Source of the DNA: Vicinamibacterales bacterium
Lineage (GTDB): Bacteria > Acidobacteriota > Vicinamibacteria > Vicinamibacterales > CAVVIG01
Direction of reading: 5' to 3'
Assembly: GCA_035534615.1 (NCBI GenBank)
Contig: DATLRO010000068.1
Location: 3,432 to 67,431 of the forward strand
Length of the DNA: 64,000 nt
Part shown: positions 32,070-43,323 of the stretch, one piece after another
How the letters are laid out: each line of letters opens with the position of its first letter
Position numbering within the stretch: position 1 is the stretch's first letter
Made by a program: the position numbers and the translations under genes
Notes under the pieces: generated by a model
Seen by the model: only the letters and a program-made list of their open reading frames with translations
Databases searched by the model: none
What the model was told of the DNA's origin: nothing

Positions 32070-32459
32070 AACAGATATCTCCTGGGTGAACGGACGTGGC
32101 CATGGCTGCGGAGCGTGCGAGAGACCGGATCGGACGCAGCGTGCAGGACGCGAACGCAGGCATCAGTCGCAGGCGGGAAAGCGTCGTGACGACGCGCCCA
32201 GGCCCGATCCTAATCGAACGGCCCGCGACGGGCAAGTCGCGCGGCCGCCGAGCTCGGCCGTGCGCGGGGCGCACCGGCTCGCACACCTCCGTTTGGACGA
32301 CGGACCCGCGCCGCCGGCCGGGGCCCGTTCCGGCCCCGGTTGCCAAGGCCTCCCGTGCTAGGCGATGCTTGAGGGTCGGCGTGTCGTCGGCGCACCCTGC
32401 GGAGCGCGCCCGCCCGGAGGCGGCGGGCCGCCGCTCCACATTCGTCATCTGGAGGATTC

Positions 32460-32927
32460 ATGGCTGTCACCGTCGGAACGAAGGCCCCCGATTTCACCCT
32501 GCCCGATCAGGATCTCAAGCCGGTCACGCTGAGCACCGAAGCGGGCGTGCACAACGTGGTGCTGGCGTTCTTCCCCGCCGCGTTCACGTCGGTCTGCACG
32601 AAGGAGCTGTGCACGTTCCGCGACTCGCTCGCCAGACTGAACGGCGCCAGCGCGGCCGTGTACGGCATCAGCGTCGACACCCCGTTCAGCCTGAAGAAGT
32701 TCGCCGCCGAACAGCAGCTGAACTTCCCGCTGCTGAGCGACTTCAACAAGGAGGTCATCCGCCGGTACGACGTGGTGATCGACGACCTGCTCGGCCTGAA
32801 AGGCCTCGCGAAGCGGGCGGTGTTCGTGATCGACAAGGGCGGGATGGTGCGCCATGCCGAAGTGCTGGCCGACGCCCGCAACGAGCCGGACTACGCCAGG
32901 GTGCACGCCGCGCTCGCCGCGCTCTGA
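32460..32927 (+). CDS. peroxiredoxin (AhpC/TSA family)
   Basis: GGAGGA RBS; FFPAAFTSVCTKELC peroxidatic Cys motif. Confidence 0.9.
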   Translation: MAVTVGTKAPDFTLPDQDLKPVTLSTEAGVHNVVLAFFPAAFTSVCTKELCTFRDSLARLNGASAAVYGISVDTPFSLKKFAAEQQLNFPLLSDFNKEVIRRYDVVIDDLLGLKGLAKRAVFVIDKGGMVRHAEVLADARNEPDYARVHAALAAL

Positions 32928-32973
32928 CGCGGATCGGCGGCGGGCCGGCCGGCCCGCCGCCGGCCTCGCCCGC

Positions 32974-34323
32974 TCAGGCCTCCGGCCGCTCGTCCGGCGG
33001 GGCCTCCCCCTCGTGCTCCGGCGACAGCCAGACGCGCGCGACCCGCAGCCCGTCCAGCGTTTCCACCCGCAGCGTCCGCCGTTCCACGTCGATCGTGTCG
33101 CCCACGGCCGCGCGGCGGCCGAGCCGCCCCAGCACGTAGCCGCCGATCGTGGCGTACATCGTCTCGTCGATGTGCAGGTCGAACTGCTCGTTCACGTCCG
33201 TGATGAGCGTGAGGCCGTCGACGTACGCCGCGCCGTTGTCGAGCGTCAGGATCCGGGCGGGCGTGCCCCCGAACTCCCCGCCGATGTCGCCGACGATCCG
33301 CTCCATCAGCCGCTCGAAGGTCACCAGGCCGGCGGTGCCGCCGTACTCGTCGATCACGATCGCCTGGCGGGTCCGCCGCCGGCGCATCTCCGCCAGCAGA
33401 TCGTCCGCCTTCATCGTCTCCGGGACGACGAGCGCCTCCCGCGTGAGCGCCGCCAGGCTGAAGTGCGCCGACGGCGCCGTCATGGCGCGGAACAGATCGG
33501 TCACGAGCAGCACGCCGATGATGTCGTCGAGGCTGTCGCGGTACACGGGCAGGCGGGTGTGCGGGCCGCGCGAGAGGCGATCGATCACCTGCGCGAGCGG
33601 CATGTCCGCCGGCAGCGCGACCATCTCCGTCCGCGGCACCATGATCCGCCCGGCGGTCAGATCGGCGAAGTCGAACACCCGGTGCAGCATCCGCTCCTCG
33701 CCTTCCTCGAGGACGCCCGCTTCCTGGCTGGCCGTGACGAGCATCTTCAGCTCTGCCTCCGAGTGCACCAGCGAGTGCCGGCTCGGCGCCCGCAGGCCGA
33801 TGGCCGACACCACGGCGCGGCCCATCGCGTTCAGCAGCGCGATGAACGGCCAGAACAGCTTCATGAACAGTTCGGTCGGCTTGATGACCCACAGCGCCGT
33901 CCGCTCGGAGTACTGCAGCGCGACCGTCTTCGGCGCGAGCTCCCCGAGCACCACCTGCAGCGACGTGATGAGCGCGAACGCCAGCGACACCGCCACGCTG
34001 TGCGCGGTCGCCTCCGCGATGTGCGTCGGCAGGAAGCCGAACCCCGGCTCGATCAGCGACGCGAGCGCCGGCTCCCCGATCCAGCCCAGGCCGAGGCTGG
34101 CCATCGTGATGCCGAGCTGCGTGGCGGCGATGTAGCTGTCCGGACTGGTGGTCGCGCGCCGCAGCGTGCGGGCCATCCGGTTGCCCTCCGCGATGAGCTG
34201 GTCGATGCGGGTCTTGCGGACGGTGACGAGCGAGAACTCGGCGGCCACGAAGAAGCCGTTGGCGAAGACGAGCGCCAGGATTGCGAGCAGCCGCATCCCG
34301 ATGTGCAGGGGCGCAGGGTCCAT
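32974..34323 (-). CDS. hemolysin-family / CNNM-CBS-CorC membrane protein
   Basis: DUF21 TM domain (FFVAAEFSLV), CBS pair, CorC_HlyC C-terminal domain. The ATG at 34323 is chosen inside the longer track ORF. Confidence 0.88.
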   Translation of the reverse strand: MDPAPLHIGMRLLAILALVFANGFFVAAEFSLVTVRKTRIDQLIAEGNRMARTLRRATTSPDSYIAATQLGITMASLGLGWIGEPALASLIEPGFGFLPTHIAEATAHSVAVSLAFALITSLQVVLGELAPKTVALQYSERTALWVIKPTELFMKLFWPFIALLNAMGRAVVSAIGLRAPSRHSLVHSEAELKMLVTASQEAGVLEEGEERMLHRVFDFADLTAGRIMVPRTEMVALPADMPLAQVIDRLSRGPHTRLPVYRDSLDDIIGVLLVTDLFRAMTAPSAHFSLAALTREALVVPETMKADDLLAEMRRRRTRQAIVIDEYGGTAGLVTFERLMERIVGDIGGEFGGTPARILTLDNGAAYVDGLTLITDVNEQFDLHIDETMYATIGGYVLGRLGRRAAVGDTIDVERRTLRVETLDGLRVARVWLSPEHEGEAPPDERPEA

Positions 34324-34399
34324 GGAAGGCCTCCCAGCGCGACTGTACCGGACGCAAGGCCGCCGCCGCAAACGCCCCCGCGGCGCGCGGCCGCCGCCC

Positions 34400-35113
34400 T
34401 CACGCGTCGGCGCCGCCGGCGTGGGCGTCCACGAACGCGTCGACCGCCCGCCGGGCCGCGGGATCCAGCCGGGTGAACTGCACCCCCATGCCCGTCCGCT
34501 GATCCGCCCAGGCCACCCGCGCGTCAACTTCCAGGTCGGTGTCTCCCCCGGGCAGCCGGAACCGCAGCCGGACCGCCGTGCCCGCGTCGACCACCGTCGC
34601 CGTGCGGAGCCCCATCCCGCCCCGGCTGATGTCGAACGCGATCCCGGCGACGACCGCGTCGCCGGCCCGGCAGGCGACCGCCGCGCCCAGCGTGACCCGC
34701 GGGCTGCCGCGGCGGTTGAAGCGGTCGGGGAAGAGGTGCGGCGCCAGCGCCGGCAGGATCTGCTGCGCGGTGCTGTGCTCGTTGACGTAGCCGGCGATCC
34801 CCAGCGCCGCCAGGGTCCGGACCTCCGCGGCGCCGGTCACCGACCCGCTGAAGACGACGATCGGCAGCGCCCGCGCGATCGGCCGGACGGCCTGCACGAG
34901 ATCCGCGCCGGTCGGGCGCGGCAGCCGGAGATCGAGCAGCAGCAGGTCGACCGGCGCCGCACCGGGCGCGAGGTGCGCGAGCAGGGCGTCGCCGGTCGCC
35001 ACCGCCACGGCCCGATGACCCGCGCCGTCGAGCGCCGCGACGAACCGGTCGCGCACGCTCCCGTCGTGGCCGGCGACGAGGACGGTCCTGCTGATGCCTG
35101 TGTGCGTGAGCAT
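34400..35113 (-). CDS. response regulator receiver fused to PilZ domain
   Basis: REC domain (VLVAGHD..LLLDLRLP..), then a C-terminal RxxxR / D.S.GG PilZ signature (RRGSPR..FDISRGGMG). The start at 35113 lies inside a spurious 601-aa ORF. Confidence 0.8.
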   Translation of the reverse strand: MLTHTGISRTVLVAGHDGSVRDRFVAALDGAGHRAVAVATGDALLAHLAPGAAPVDLLLLDLRLPRPTGADLVQAVRPIARALPIVVFSGSVTGAAEVRTLAALGIAGYVNEHSTAQQILPALAPHLFPDRFNRRGSPRVTLGAAVACRAGDAVVAGIAFDISRGGMGLRTATVVDAGTAVRLRFRLPGGDTDLEVDARVAWADQRTGMGVQFTRLDPAARRAVDAFVDAHAGGADA

Positions 35114-35157
35114 GGCTGCGAGCCCCGATTTTCCGTGCGTCCGTACCCCGGGGCGCG

Positions 35158-35187
35158 TTGCAGAATTTATCAGGTTCTCGCTATAAT
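35158..35187 (+). promoter_or_regulatory. candidate sigma70-type promoter for the lysW-like/larE-like pair
   Basis: TTGCAG, 18 nt, TATAAT, in a locally AT-richer patch about 100 nt upstream of 35286. Confidence 0.4.
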
Positions 35188-35285
35188 TCGAACGCGTATT
35201 CTCTGCCGTGGCACGTACCGTGCCGCGCGTCTGAACGTCGGATCCCACACCGGAAAAGGACACTGCTGAGACCGCCGAGGAGATT

Positions 35286-35525
35286 ATGGCCACCTGCCCC
35301 GAATGCGACGCCGAGATCGAGATCGACGAGTTTGACGTCGACAAGGGCGATATCCTGACCTGTCCGGACTGTGGCTCCACTCTCGAGGTGATTGGCGTGT
35401 CCCCCCTCGAACTCGAAATCGCGTCGGACGACGAAGACGACGAACTGGATGAGGATCTGGAAGAAGAGGAAGAGGGCGACGACGAGGAGGAAGACGAGGA
35501 CGAGGACGAGGACGAGGAGGAATGA
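35286..35525 (+). CDS. LysW/ArgW-like zinc-ribbon protein with long poly-Asp/Glu C-terminal tail
   Basis: CPECDAEIEI..GDILTCPDCGSTLEVIGVSPLELE matches the LysW pattern CPECGAEL..GELVVCEDCGAELEVVGLDPLRLE (from memory). The tail DDEDDELDEDLEEEEEGDDEEEDEDEDEDEEE replaces the usual short EDWGE end. GAGGAG RBS. Confidence 0.7.
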   Translation: MATCPECDAEIEIDEFDVDKGDILTCPDCGSTLEVIGVSPLELEIASDDEDDELDEDLEEEEEGDDEEEDEDEDEDEEE

Positions 35526-36382
35526 GTGACATGCCGGCGGTCGGGGTGACGTCCATCGACGCCCGCCTGCTGGCGGCCAAGGCGCGGACGCTTCACGACC
35601 TGCTGAGCGGCCTGCAGTCGGTTCTGGTCGCCTACAGCGGGGGGGTCGACAGCGCCTACCTCGCTTGGGCCGCCACGGCCGCGCTCGGCGATCGCGCCCT
35701 CTGCGTGACCGCCGAGAGTCCCAGCTATCCCGAGCACCACCGGCAGCTCGCCGTGCAGGTGGCGGAGGTGGCCGGGCTGCGTCACGAGTTCATCCACACG
35801 GACGAGCTCGAGCGGCCCGACTATCGCGCGAACCCCGCGAACCGCTGCTACTTCTGCAAGCAGGAGCTCTACACGCATCTGACTGCCTTGGCCCGGGCCC
35901 GCGGCTTCGCGGCCGTCGTCGACGGCAACAACGCCGACGACCGGGGCGACTACCGGCCGGGCCGGCAGGCCGCCCGCGAGTTCGGCGTCCGCAGCCCGCT
36001 GGACGAAGCCGGCCTCAGGAAGGCCGAGATCCGCGAGCTGTCGCGTCGCGCCGGGCTGCCGACGTGGGACGAGCCGGCGTCCGCGTGTCTGTCCTCGCGT
36101 ATTCCGTATCACAGCGAAGTGACCGGCGAGAAGCTGCGCCGGATCGAGCAGGCCGAGCAGGTGCTGCGGGATCTCGGCTTCCGCGTGTGCCGCGTCCGCC
36201 ATCACGACGCGGTCGCGCGTCTGGAAATCGCGCGCGATGAGATGGCGCGGGCGCTCGACCCCGGCATCGCCGCCGCGATCGTCAGGGCCTTCCAGGCGAT
36301 CGGCTACAGCTACGTCAGCCTCGATCTTCAGGGGTACCGCAGCGGCAGTCTCAACGAGCCGCTCCGCCTGCGACCGATCTGA
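35522..36382 (+). CDS. larE: LarE-family PP-loop ATP pyrophosphatase (TIGR00268-like)
   Basis: PP-loop SGGVDS, CYFCK, SACLSSRIPY. The ATG overlaps the stop of the upstream gene (ATGA). Confidence 0.85.
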   Translation: MSDMPAVGVTSIDARLLAAKARTLHDLLSGLQSVLVAYSGGVDSAYLAWAATAALGDRALCVTAESPSYPEHHRQLAVQVAEVAGLRHEFIHTDELERPDYRANPANRCYFCKQELYTHLTALARARGFAAVVDGNNADDRGDYRPGRQAAREFGVRSPLDEAGLRKAEIRELSRRAGLPTWDEPASACLSSRIPYHSEVTGEKLRRIEQAEQVLRDLGFRVCRVRHHDAVARLEIARDEMARALDPGIAAAIVRAFQAIGYSYVSLDLQGYRSGSLNEPLRLRPI

Positions 36383-36664
36383 GATCGGCGCCAGGCCTGG
36401 CCCGCGATGCGCGGCGGCGGAGCCGCCGTCGGGTCTCGGGCGTTTCGGAGCACGGTCCGACCATGGACGTGGCAGTCGCCCGGACGCGATCCGGGCGGCA
36501 CGAACGACCAGCCTCCCACCACGCGGCTGACCTGTTCCTTCAACGGCTGAGTTTCGACCGTCGTGCGCGCGCCGGCGGTGCGGCGGAGCCGCAGCCGCTG
36601 CACCTCAGCGGTCACCGTCGCGGCGTGCAGCTGATCCATGGACCGTGACGCCGCCGTTGATCCA

Positions 36665-36693
36665 TTGACAGAGCGTCGACGGGAAACTAAGCT
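36665..36693 (+). promoter_or_regulatory. candidate promoter upstream of pal
   Basis: TTGACA, 17 nt, TAAGCT, about 35 nt upstream of the pal ORF. Confidence 0.3.
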
Positions 36694-36728
36694 CCAATCG
36701 ACTCGAAAGGTCGATCTCCCTCAGGAGA

Positions 36729-37316
36729 ATGATGATAATGACTCGCGTTCGCCGTAGTCTTCTCGTGGGCTCCCTCTGCGTCGGCGTTGGACTGGCTGCG
36801 CTCGGTTGTCACAAGCGCATTCCGCCACCGGCCGCGCCACCACCACCACCGCCTGCGGCCGCACCGGCTCCGCCGCCGCCACCGCCGCCACCACCACCGC
36901 CGGCTCCTGCGCCCGCGCCGAAGCCGCTGACCGAAGAGCAGATCTTCGCTCAGAAGTCACTGGCCGAACTGAATGCGGAGAAGCCGCTGGAAGATGTGTT
37001 CTTCGACTTCGACAAGTCCGAGCTGCGCGCCGACGGACGGGAGGCGCTGCAGAAGGACGCGCAGTGGCTGCAGAAGTGGACGAGCACGAAGATCACCGTT
37101 GAAGGACATTGCGACGAACGGGGAACCGCCGAATACAACCTGGCGCTGGGCCAGCGGCGTGCGGCGGCCGTGAAGGACTACCTCGTGAGCCTCGGCGTCG
37201 ACGGCGACCGGATCACCGTCGTGAGCAAGGGGAAGGAAGATCCGTTCTGCACCGAGCATACCGAGAGCTGCTGGCAGCGGAACCGCCGCGGGCACTTCAT
37301 CATCACCGCGAAGTGA
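36729..37316 (+). CDS. pal: peptidoglycan-associated lipoprotein (OmpA family) with poly-Pro linker
   Basis: Lipobox LAALGC, ~40-aa Pro/Ala linker, OmpA-like domain (FDFDKSEL, EGHCDERGT.EYNLALGQRRA). Confidence 0.88.
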   Translation: MMIMTRVRRSLLVGSLCVGVGLAALGCHKRIPPPAAPPPPPPAAAPAPPPPPPPPPPPAPAPAPKPLTEEQIFAQKSLAELNAEKPLEDVFFDFDKSELRADGREALQKDAQWLQKWTSTKITVEGHCDERGTAEYNLALGQRRAAAVKDYLVSLGVDGDRITVVSKGKEDPFCTEHTESCWQRNRRGHFIITAK

Positions 37317-37351
37317 CGGCGGCCGCTCGTCCGTAGCACCGCGAAGACCGG

Positions 37352-37390
37352 CGTGGAAGCGGTGGCCGGCGCACCGGCGCCGCTTCCACG
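37352..37390. terminator. strong hairpin between convergent pal and glutaredoxin-like genes (possible bidirectional terminator)
   Basis: cgtggaagcgg / ccgcttccacg, an 11-bp stem with a 17-nt partly paired loop. No U-tract. Confidence 0.4.
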
Positions 37391-37394
37391 TCCC

Positions 37395-37685
37395 TCACCC
37401 GTCGGCGTCCCGGTTTCGGGAGGCCCGCGTCAATCCCTCGACCAGCCCGGCGTCGGTGATCCGGTGACGGGCGAGTTCCCGTCCGCCGGCGAGGAGCACC
37501 GGCACCTCCGTCCCGTATCGGGTCGTCAGCGCAGGGTCGGTCGTGATGTCGATCTCGTCGAGCGTGAGCGGCACGCGTGCCGCGGCGCGCCACACGGCGT
37601 CCCGCATCAGATCGCACAGGTGACAGCCCGGCCGCGTGTAGAGCGTCAGGCGGACGGGCAGGGCCTGTCCGCTCACGGCCGGCAC
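37395..37685 (-). CDS. glutaredoxin-like thioredoxin-fold protein (DUF836-like)
   Basis: [13 protein letters not shown] (CxxC), followed by VPVL. Confidence 0.75.
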   Translation of the reverse strand: MPAVSGQALPVRLTLYTRPGCHLCDLMRDAVWRAAARVPLTLDEIDITTDPALTTRYGTEVPVLLAGGRELARHRITDAGLVEGLTRASRNRDADG

Positions 37686-38392
37686 TCGCGAACGAGCGCC
37701 TCGGCGGCGGCCCGCGGGTCGGCGGCCGCGATGATCGGCCGGCCGACGACGAGGTAGTCGGCGCCGGCGGCGATCGCCCCGGCGGCCGAGAGCGTGCGGC
37801 TCTGGTCGTCCGGTGCCGGCGCGGCGTCCGGCCGTGCGGCACCGCGGATGCCCGGCGTGACGATCGTGAAGCCAGGACCGCAGCGGCGGCGGATCAGCGC
37901 GGTCTCGAGCGGCGAGGCGACGACGCCGTCGAGGCCCGACTCGCGCGCGAGCTGTGCGAGCGCCTCGACCTGGTCCGGCGCCCGCCGCGGCACGCCGATC
38001 TCGATCAGGGCCGCGTCGTCCAGGCTGGTCAGCACCGTGACCGCGATGACGAGCGGCGGCGTGACGCCGAGGCGCGCGGCTTCCGCGGCGGCAGCGTCGC
38101 GCGCCGCGCGCATCATGGCGCCGCCGCCCGAGGCATGCACGTTCACCATCCAGACGCCGAGGCGGACGGCGGCCGTCACCGCGCCGGCGACCGTGTTGGG
38201 GATGTCGTGGAACTTCAGATCCAGGAAGACCCGGTCGCCGCGCGCGACGAGCTGGCGGACGAACGACGGGCCTTCCGCCGTGAAGAGGCGGCTGCCGACC
38301 TTGAGGCCGCCGGCCACGCCGCGCAGCTGGTCGGCCAGCGCCAGCGCCCCGGCCGCCGTGTCGACATCCAGCGCGACTAGGAGCTGATCCAT
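37673..38392 (-). CDS. pyrF: orotidine 5'-phosphate decarboxylase
   Basis: [22 protein letters not shown] at 38392 inside the longer track ORF. Confidence 0.9.
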   Translation of the reverse strand: MDQLLVALDVDTAAGALALADQLRGVAGGLKVGSRLFTAEGPSFVRQLVARGDRVFLDLKFHDIPNTVAGAVTAAVRLGVWMVNVHASGGGAMMRAARDAAAAEAARLGVTPPLVIAVTVLTSLDDAALIEIGVPRRAPDQVEALAQLARESGLDGVVASPLETALIRRRCGPGFTIVTPGIRGAARPDAAPAPDDQSRTLSAAGAIAAGADYLVVGRPIIAAADPRAAAEALVRECRP

Positions 38393-39315
38393 TCCTGGTC
38401 CCGGGCCCGCGTGTCGATCGCCCCCACCAGATCGGCGACGCGCGCGATCCGGTGCCGCGTGAGATAGTCCTCGAGGCCGGCCAGCAGCTTCGTCCAGATG
38501 AACGGGTCGACGAAGTTCGCCGTGCCGACCTGCACCGCCGACGCGCCGGCCAGCAGGAACTCGATGACGTCGCGGGCGTCCATGATGCCGCCCATGCCGA
38601 CGATCGGGATCTTCACCGTCTGGCGGCACTCGTACACCATGCGGACCGCGATCGGCCGGATCGCGGGCCCGCTCAACCCGCCGACGATGTTCGACAGCTT
38701 CGGGCGGCGCGTCTCGATGTCGATCACCATCGCGAGGAACGTGTTGACCAGCGAGACCGCGTCGGCGCCTGCCTCCTCCGACGCGCGCGCGAACGACGCC
38801 ACGTCGGTGACGTTCGGCGTGAGCTTCGGAATGATCGGCAGCGACGTCACGCGGCGGACGGCGTGCACGACGTCGTAGGTGCCGGTCAGGCTGCAGCCGA
38901 ACGTGATCCCGCCTTCCTTGATGTTCGGACAGGAGATGTTCAGCTCGAGCGCCCCCACCCCCTCCACGTCCGAGAGGATCCGCGCCAGCTCGACGTACTC
39001 GTCGAGCGTGCTGCCGCAGATGTTCACGATGACCGTGGCGCGCCGCGCGCGCAGCTCGGGCATCTTCTCGCGGATGAACCGGTGGACGCCGATCCCCTGC
39101 AGGCCGATGGCGTTGAGCATGCCGGCCGGCGTCTCGACGATCCGGGGGGGCGGATGACCCTCGCGGGGATTGAGGAACAGCCCCTTGACGGCGACGCCGC
39201 CGAGCGTCGCCAGGTCGACCGCGTCGGCGTATTCGACGCCGTAGCCGAAACAGCCGCTCGCCGCGATCAGCGGATTGGCGAGGCGCAGCGATCCGATCTG
39301 GACGGAGAGATCCAT
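38377..39315 (-). CDS. pyrD: dihydroorotate dehydrogenase, class 1B catalytic subunit
   Basis: [39 protein letters not shown]. Confidence 0.93.
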   Translation of the reverse strand: MDLSVQIGSLRLANPLIAASGCFGYGVEYADAVDLATLGGVAVKGLFLNPREGHPPPRIVETPAGMLNAIGLQGIGVHRFIREKMPELRARRATVIVNICGSTLDEYVELARILSDVEGVGALELNISCPNIKEGGITFGCSLTGTYDVVHAVRRVTSLPIIPKLTPNVTDVASFARASEEAGADAVSLVNTFLAMVIDIETRRPKLSNIVGGLSGPAIRPIAVRMVYECRQTVKIPIVGMGGIMDARDVIEFLLAGASAVQVGTANFVDPFIWTKLLAGLEDYLTRHRIARVADLVGAIDTRARDQEWISS

Positions 39316-40127
39316 CAGTCCCACACCACCTGGTCGCCGGCGAAGACCGGGCCGGCGATGCACGAGCGGACGAAGTGGGGCCGGCCGTCGTCTCCGCGGA
39401 CCGGAATCACGCAGCTGTAGCAGCCCCCCATCCCGCATCCCATCACGCGTTCGACGGAGACCTGCGAGGGCCGGCCGGCGCGGGCGGCGACGCGGGCGGC
39501 GGCCGCCAGCATCCCCTCCGGCCCGCACGCGTAGACCATGACCGGCGCGTCGGGCGCCAGCGCCGCCAGTTCGCGGTCGAGCGGCACCGTCACGCGGCCG
39601 CGCTCGCCCCCGCTGCCGTCGTCGGTCGTCAGGATGACGCGGACGCCGAGTCGCTCGAAGAAATCGAGATAGAAGTGCTCTGCCGCGGTGCGCGCGCCGT
39701 AGAAGAGCGTCATCGGCGTGCCGCGGGCATGCAGCGCCTCGGCGAGCAGCGCGAACGGCGCCAGCCCGACGCCGCCGGCCACCATCCAGGCCCGGTCCGG
39801 CGGATCGACCGGCGCGAACGGCCGGCCGAGCGGGCCCAGGCAGGCGATCCGCTCGCCGGGGGTCGCGTCGAACAGCCGGCTCGTCGAGACGCCGATCTGC
39901 TTGTTGAGCAGCGTCAGGCCGGTCGGCTGGCCCGTTGCGTCTCGCAGCACCTCGAAGACGGAGAACGGCCGGCGGAGCAGCGGGTCCTGGCCGAGGCCCG
40001 ATTTCACCATCACGAACTGGCCGGGCTGCGCGCAGGCGGCGATCTCGGGCGCGGCGAGCGCCAGCACGTTGTAGTCGCTCGACAGCCGGCGATTCTCGAT
40101 CACCGGTGCGTTCACGTCGATCGGCAT
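39315..40127 (-). CDS. pyrK: dihydroorotate dehydrogenase electron-transfer subunit
   Basis: RRPFSV FAD motif, GGVGLAP, C-terminal 2Fe-2S cluster [10 protein letters not shown]. The stop overlaps the pyrD start. Confidence 0.9.
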   Translation of the reverse strand: MPIDVNAPVIENRRLSSDYNVLALAAPEIAACAQPGQFVMVKSGLGQDPLLRRPFSVFEVLRDATGQPTGLTLLNKQIGVSTSRLFDATPGERIACLGPLGRPFAPVDPPDRAWMVAGGVGLAPFALLAEALHARGTPMTLFYGARTAAEHFYLDFFERLGVRVILTTDDGSGGERGRVTVPLDRELAALAPDAPVMVYACGPEGMLAAAARVAARAGRPSQVSVERVMGCGMGGCYSCVIPVRGDDGRPHFVRSCIAGPVFAGDQVVWD

Positions 40128-40265
40128 CGGGAAAGTATACCTGACTCGGTGCTCGGGGCTCGGAGGGCCGGGAATCGTCACTCGCCACTCATTCCTCCCT
40201 CGAGGCCCAGCGCCCTGATGCCTGCGCGGGACCCGGCCGAAGGATGCTATACTCGCTGACGGACT

Positions 40266-40298
40266 CTTTAACCGCGGTCCTGCGAGGCCGCAAAGAGG
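40266..40298 (+). promoter_or_regulatory. PyrR-binding RNA hairpin in the pyrR-pyrB-pyrC leader
   Basis: CUCUUU-AAC-CGCGG-UCCUGCGAGG-CCGC-AAAGAG: a lower stem, an AA-containing bulge, and an upper stem with a UCC..GAGG loop, resembling the conserved PyrR binding loop (UCCAGAGAGG). Confidence 0.55.
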
Positions 40299-40301
40299 TG
40301 A

Positions 40302-41999
<1,698 letters not shown>

Positions 42000-42016
<17 letters not shown>

Positions 42017-43310
42017 GGGGGGGCGGGTCGTCGACCCGGCCGGCGGGCGCGACGGCGCGTTCGACGTGCTGATCGAGGACGGGCGCATCGCGCGGGTCGG
42101 CCGGGACCTGCCGGCGGGCGACGCGGTCGTCCTGCCGGTGCCGGCCGGCTGCATCGTCTGTCCCGGCCTGATCGACATGCACGTGCACCTGCGCGAGCCG
42201 GGTCAGGAGCACAAGGAGACCGTGGCGACCGGCGCGGCCGCCGCCGTGGCGGGCGGCTTCACCGCCGTCGCCTGCATGCCGAACACGACGCCGGTCAACG
42301 ACAATGCCGGCGTGACCGCCTACATGCGGCAGAAGGCGGCGGAGGCCGGCCTCGCGCGCGTCTATCCGATCGGCGCCGTGTCGAAGGGATCGGCCGGCGA
42401 GGAGCTGGCCGACATCGGCGAGCTGCACGCGGCCGGCTGCGTCGCGATTTCCGACGACGGCCGGCCCGTCGCGACGGCGCTGCTGATGCGGCGCGCGCTG
42501 GAGTACGCGGAGATGTTCGGCATGCCCGTCATCGACCACTGCGAAGACCCGAGCCTGAAGGGCGAGGGGGTGGCGCACGAGGGGTACCACGCGTCGCTGC
42601 TCGGGCTGCGCGGCATTCCCAATGCGTCCGAGGAGATCATCGTCCACCGGGACATCGTCCTGGCCGGGCTGACCGGCGCCGCCTTCCACGTCGCGCACAT
42701 GAGCGCGCGCGGCTCGCTCGACGCGGTCCGGTACGGGAAGGCGCGCGGCGTCCGGGTGACGTGCGAGGTGACGCCGCACCACTTCGTGCTGACCGACGAG
42801 GCGCTCGCCCGGCCGGTGCCGTACGACACCAACGTGAAGATGAATCCGCCGCTGTGCGAGGCCGAGGACCGGGACGCGATGCTGCAGGGGATCGCCGACG
42901 GCACCATCGACGCCATCGCGACGGACCACGCGCCCCACCACGCCGACGAGAAGAACGTCGAGTTCGACAGGGCGCCGTTCGGCATCGTCGGACTGGAGAC
43001 CGCCGTGCCGCTGGTGTTCGACCGGCTCGTGCATCCCGGCCACATCACCCTGCGCCGCATGGTCGAGCTGCTGTCGACGAATCCGGCGCGGATCCTCCGC
43101 GTGCCGGGCGGCACGCTGGCCGAAGGCGCGCCGGCCGACATCACGATCCTCGCGCCCGACCTGACCGTGTCGGTGGCGGCGGCGCGGCTGCGCTCGAAAT
43201 CCAGGAATACCCCGTTCGACGGCTGGCGCCTGCGCGGCGGCGTGGCGGCCACGATCGTCGGCGGCCGCACGGTGTGGGTGAACGACGGCATGGCGGCGCT
43301 GGGCGCCTGA
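42000..43310 (+). CDS. pyrC: dihydroorotase (long, allantoinase-like class)
   Basis: [23 protein letters not shown]. Confidence 0.93.
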
Positions 43311-43323
43311 GAGGACGGCCTGG

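Noticed and set aside
32070-32459. The 390-bp spacer between the ABC ATPase and peroxiredoxin genes as a hidden gene or ncRNA. This includes the track ORFs 32062..32448(-) and 32096..(+), and the GC hairpin ccggggcc-cgttcc-ggccccgg at about 32308-32329.
   Set aside because: The ORF translations are Arg/Pro/Gly-rich without motifs or an RBS. The hairpin has no U-tract and sits in a divergent promoter region where a terminator makes little sense. Nothing supportable could be called.
34400-36205. A 601-aa minus-strand ORF with a striking poly-Ser run (SSSSSSSSSSSSSS).
   Set aside because: Only its C-terminal 237 aa (from the ATG at 35113) form the REC-PilZ protein. The poly-Ser stretch is the antisense reading of the GAC/GAG microsatellite encoding the acidic tail of the LysW-like gene.
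40135-40142. GTATAC palindromes near pyr gene starts (40136-40141 before pyrK; 48698-48703 upstream of pyrE) as a shared operator.
   Set aside because: A rough composition-based estimate gives a few chance occurrences of this AT-rich hexamer in 64 kb. Two occurrences with no extended shared flank are not significant.
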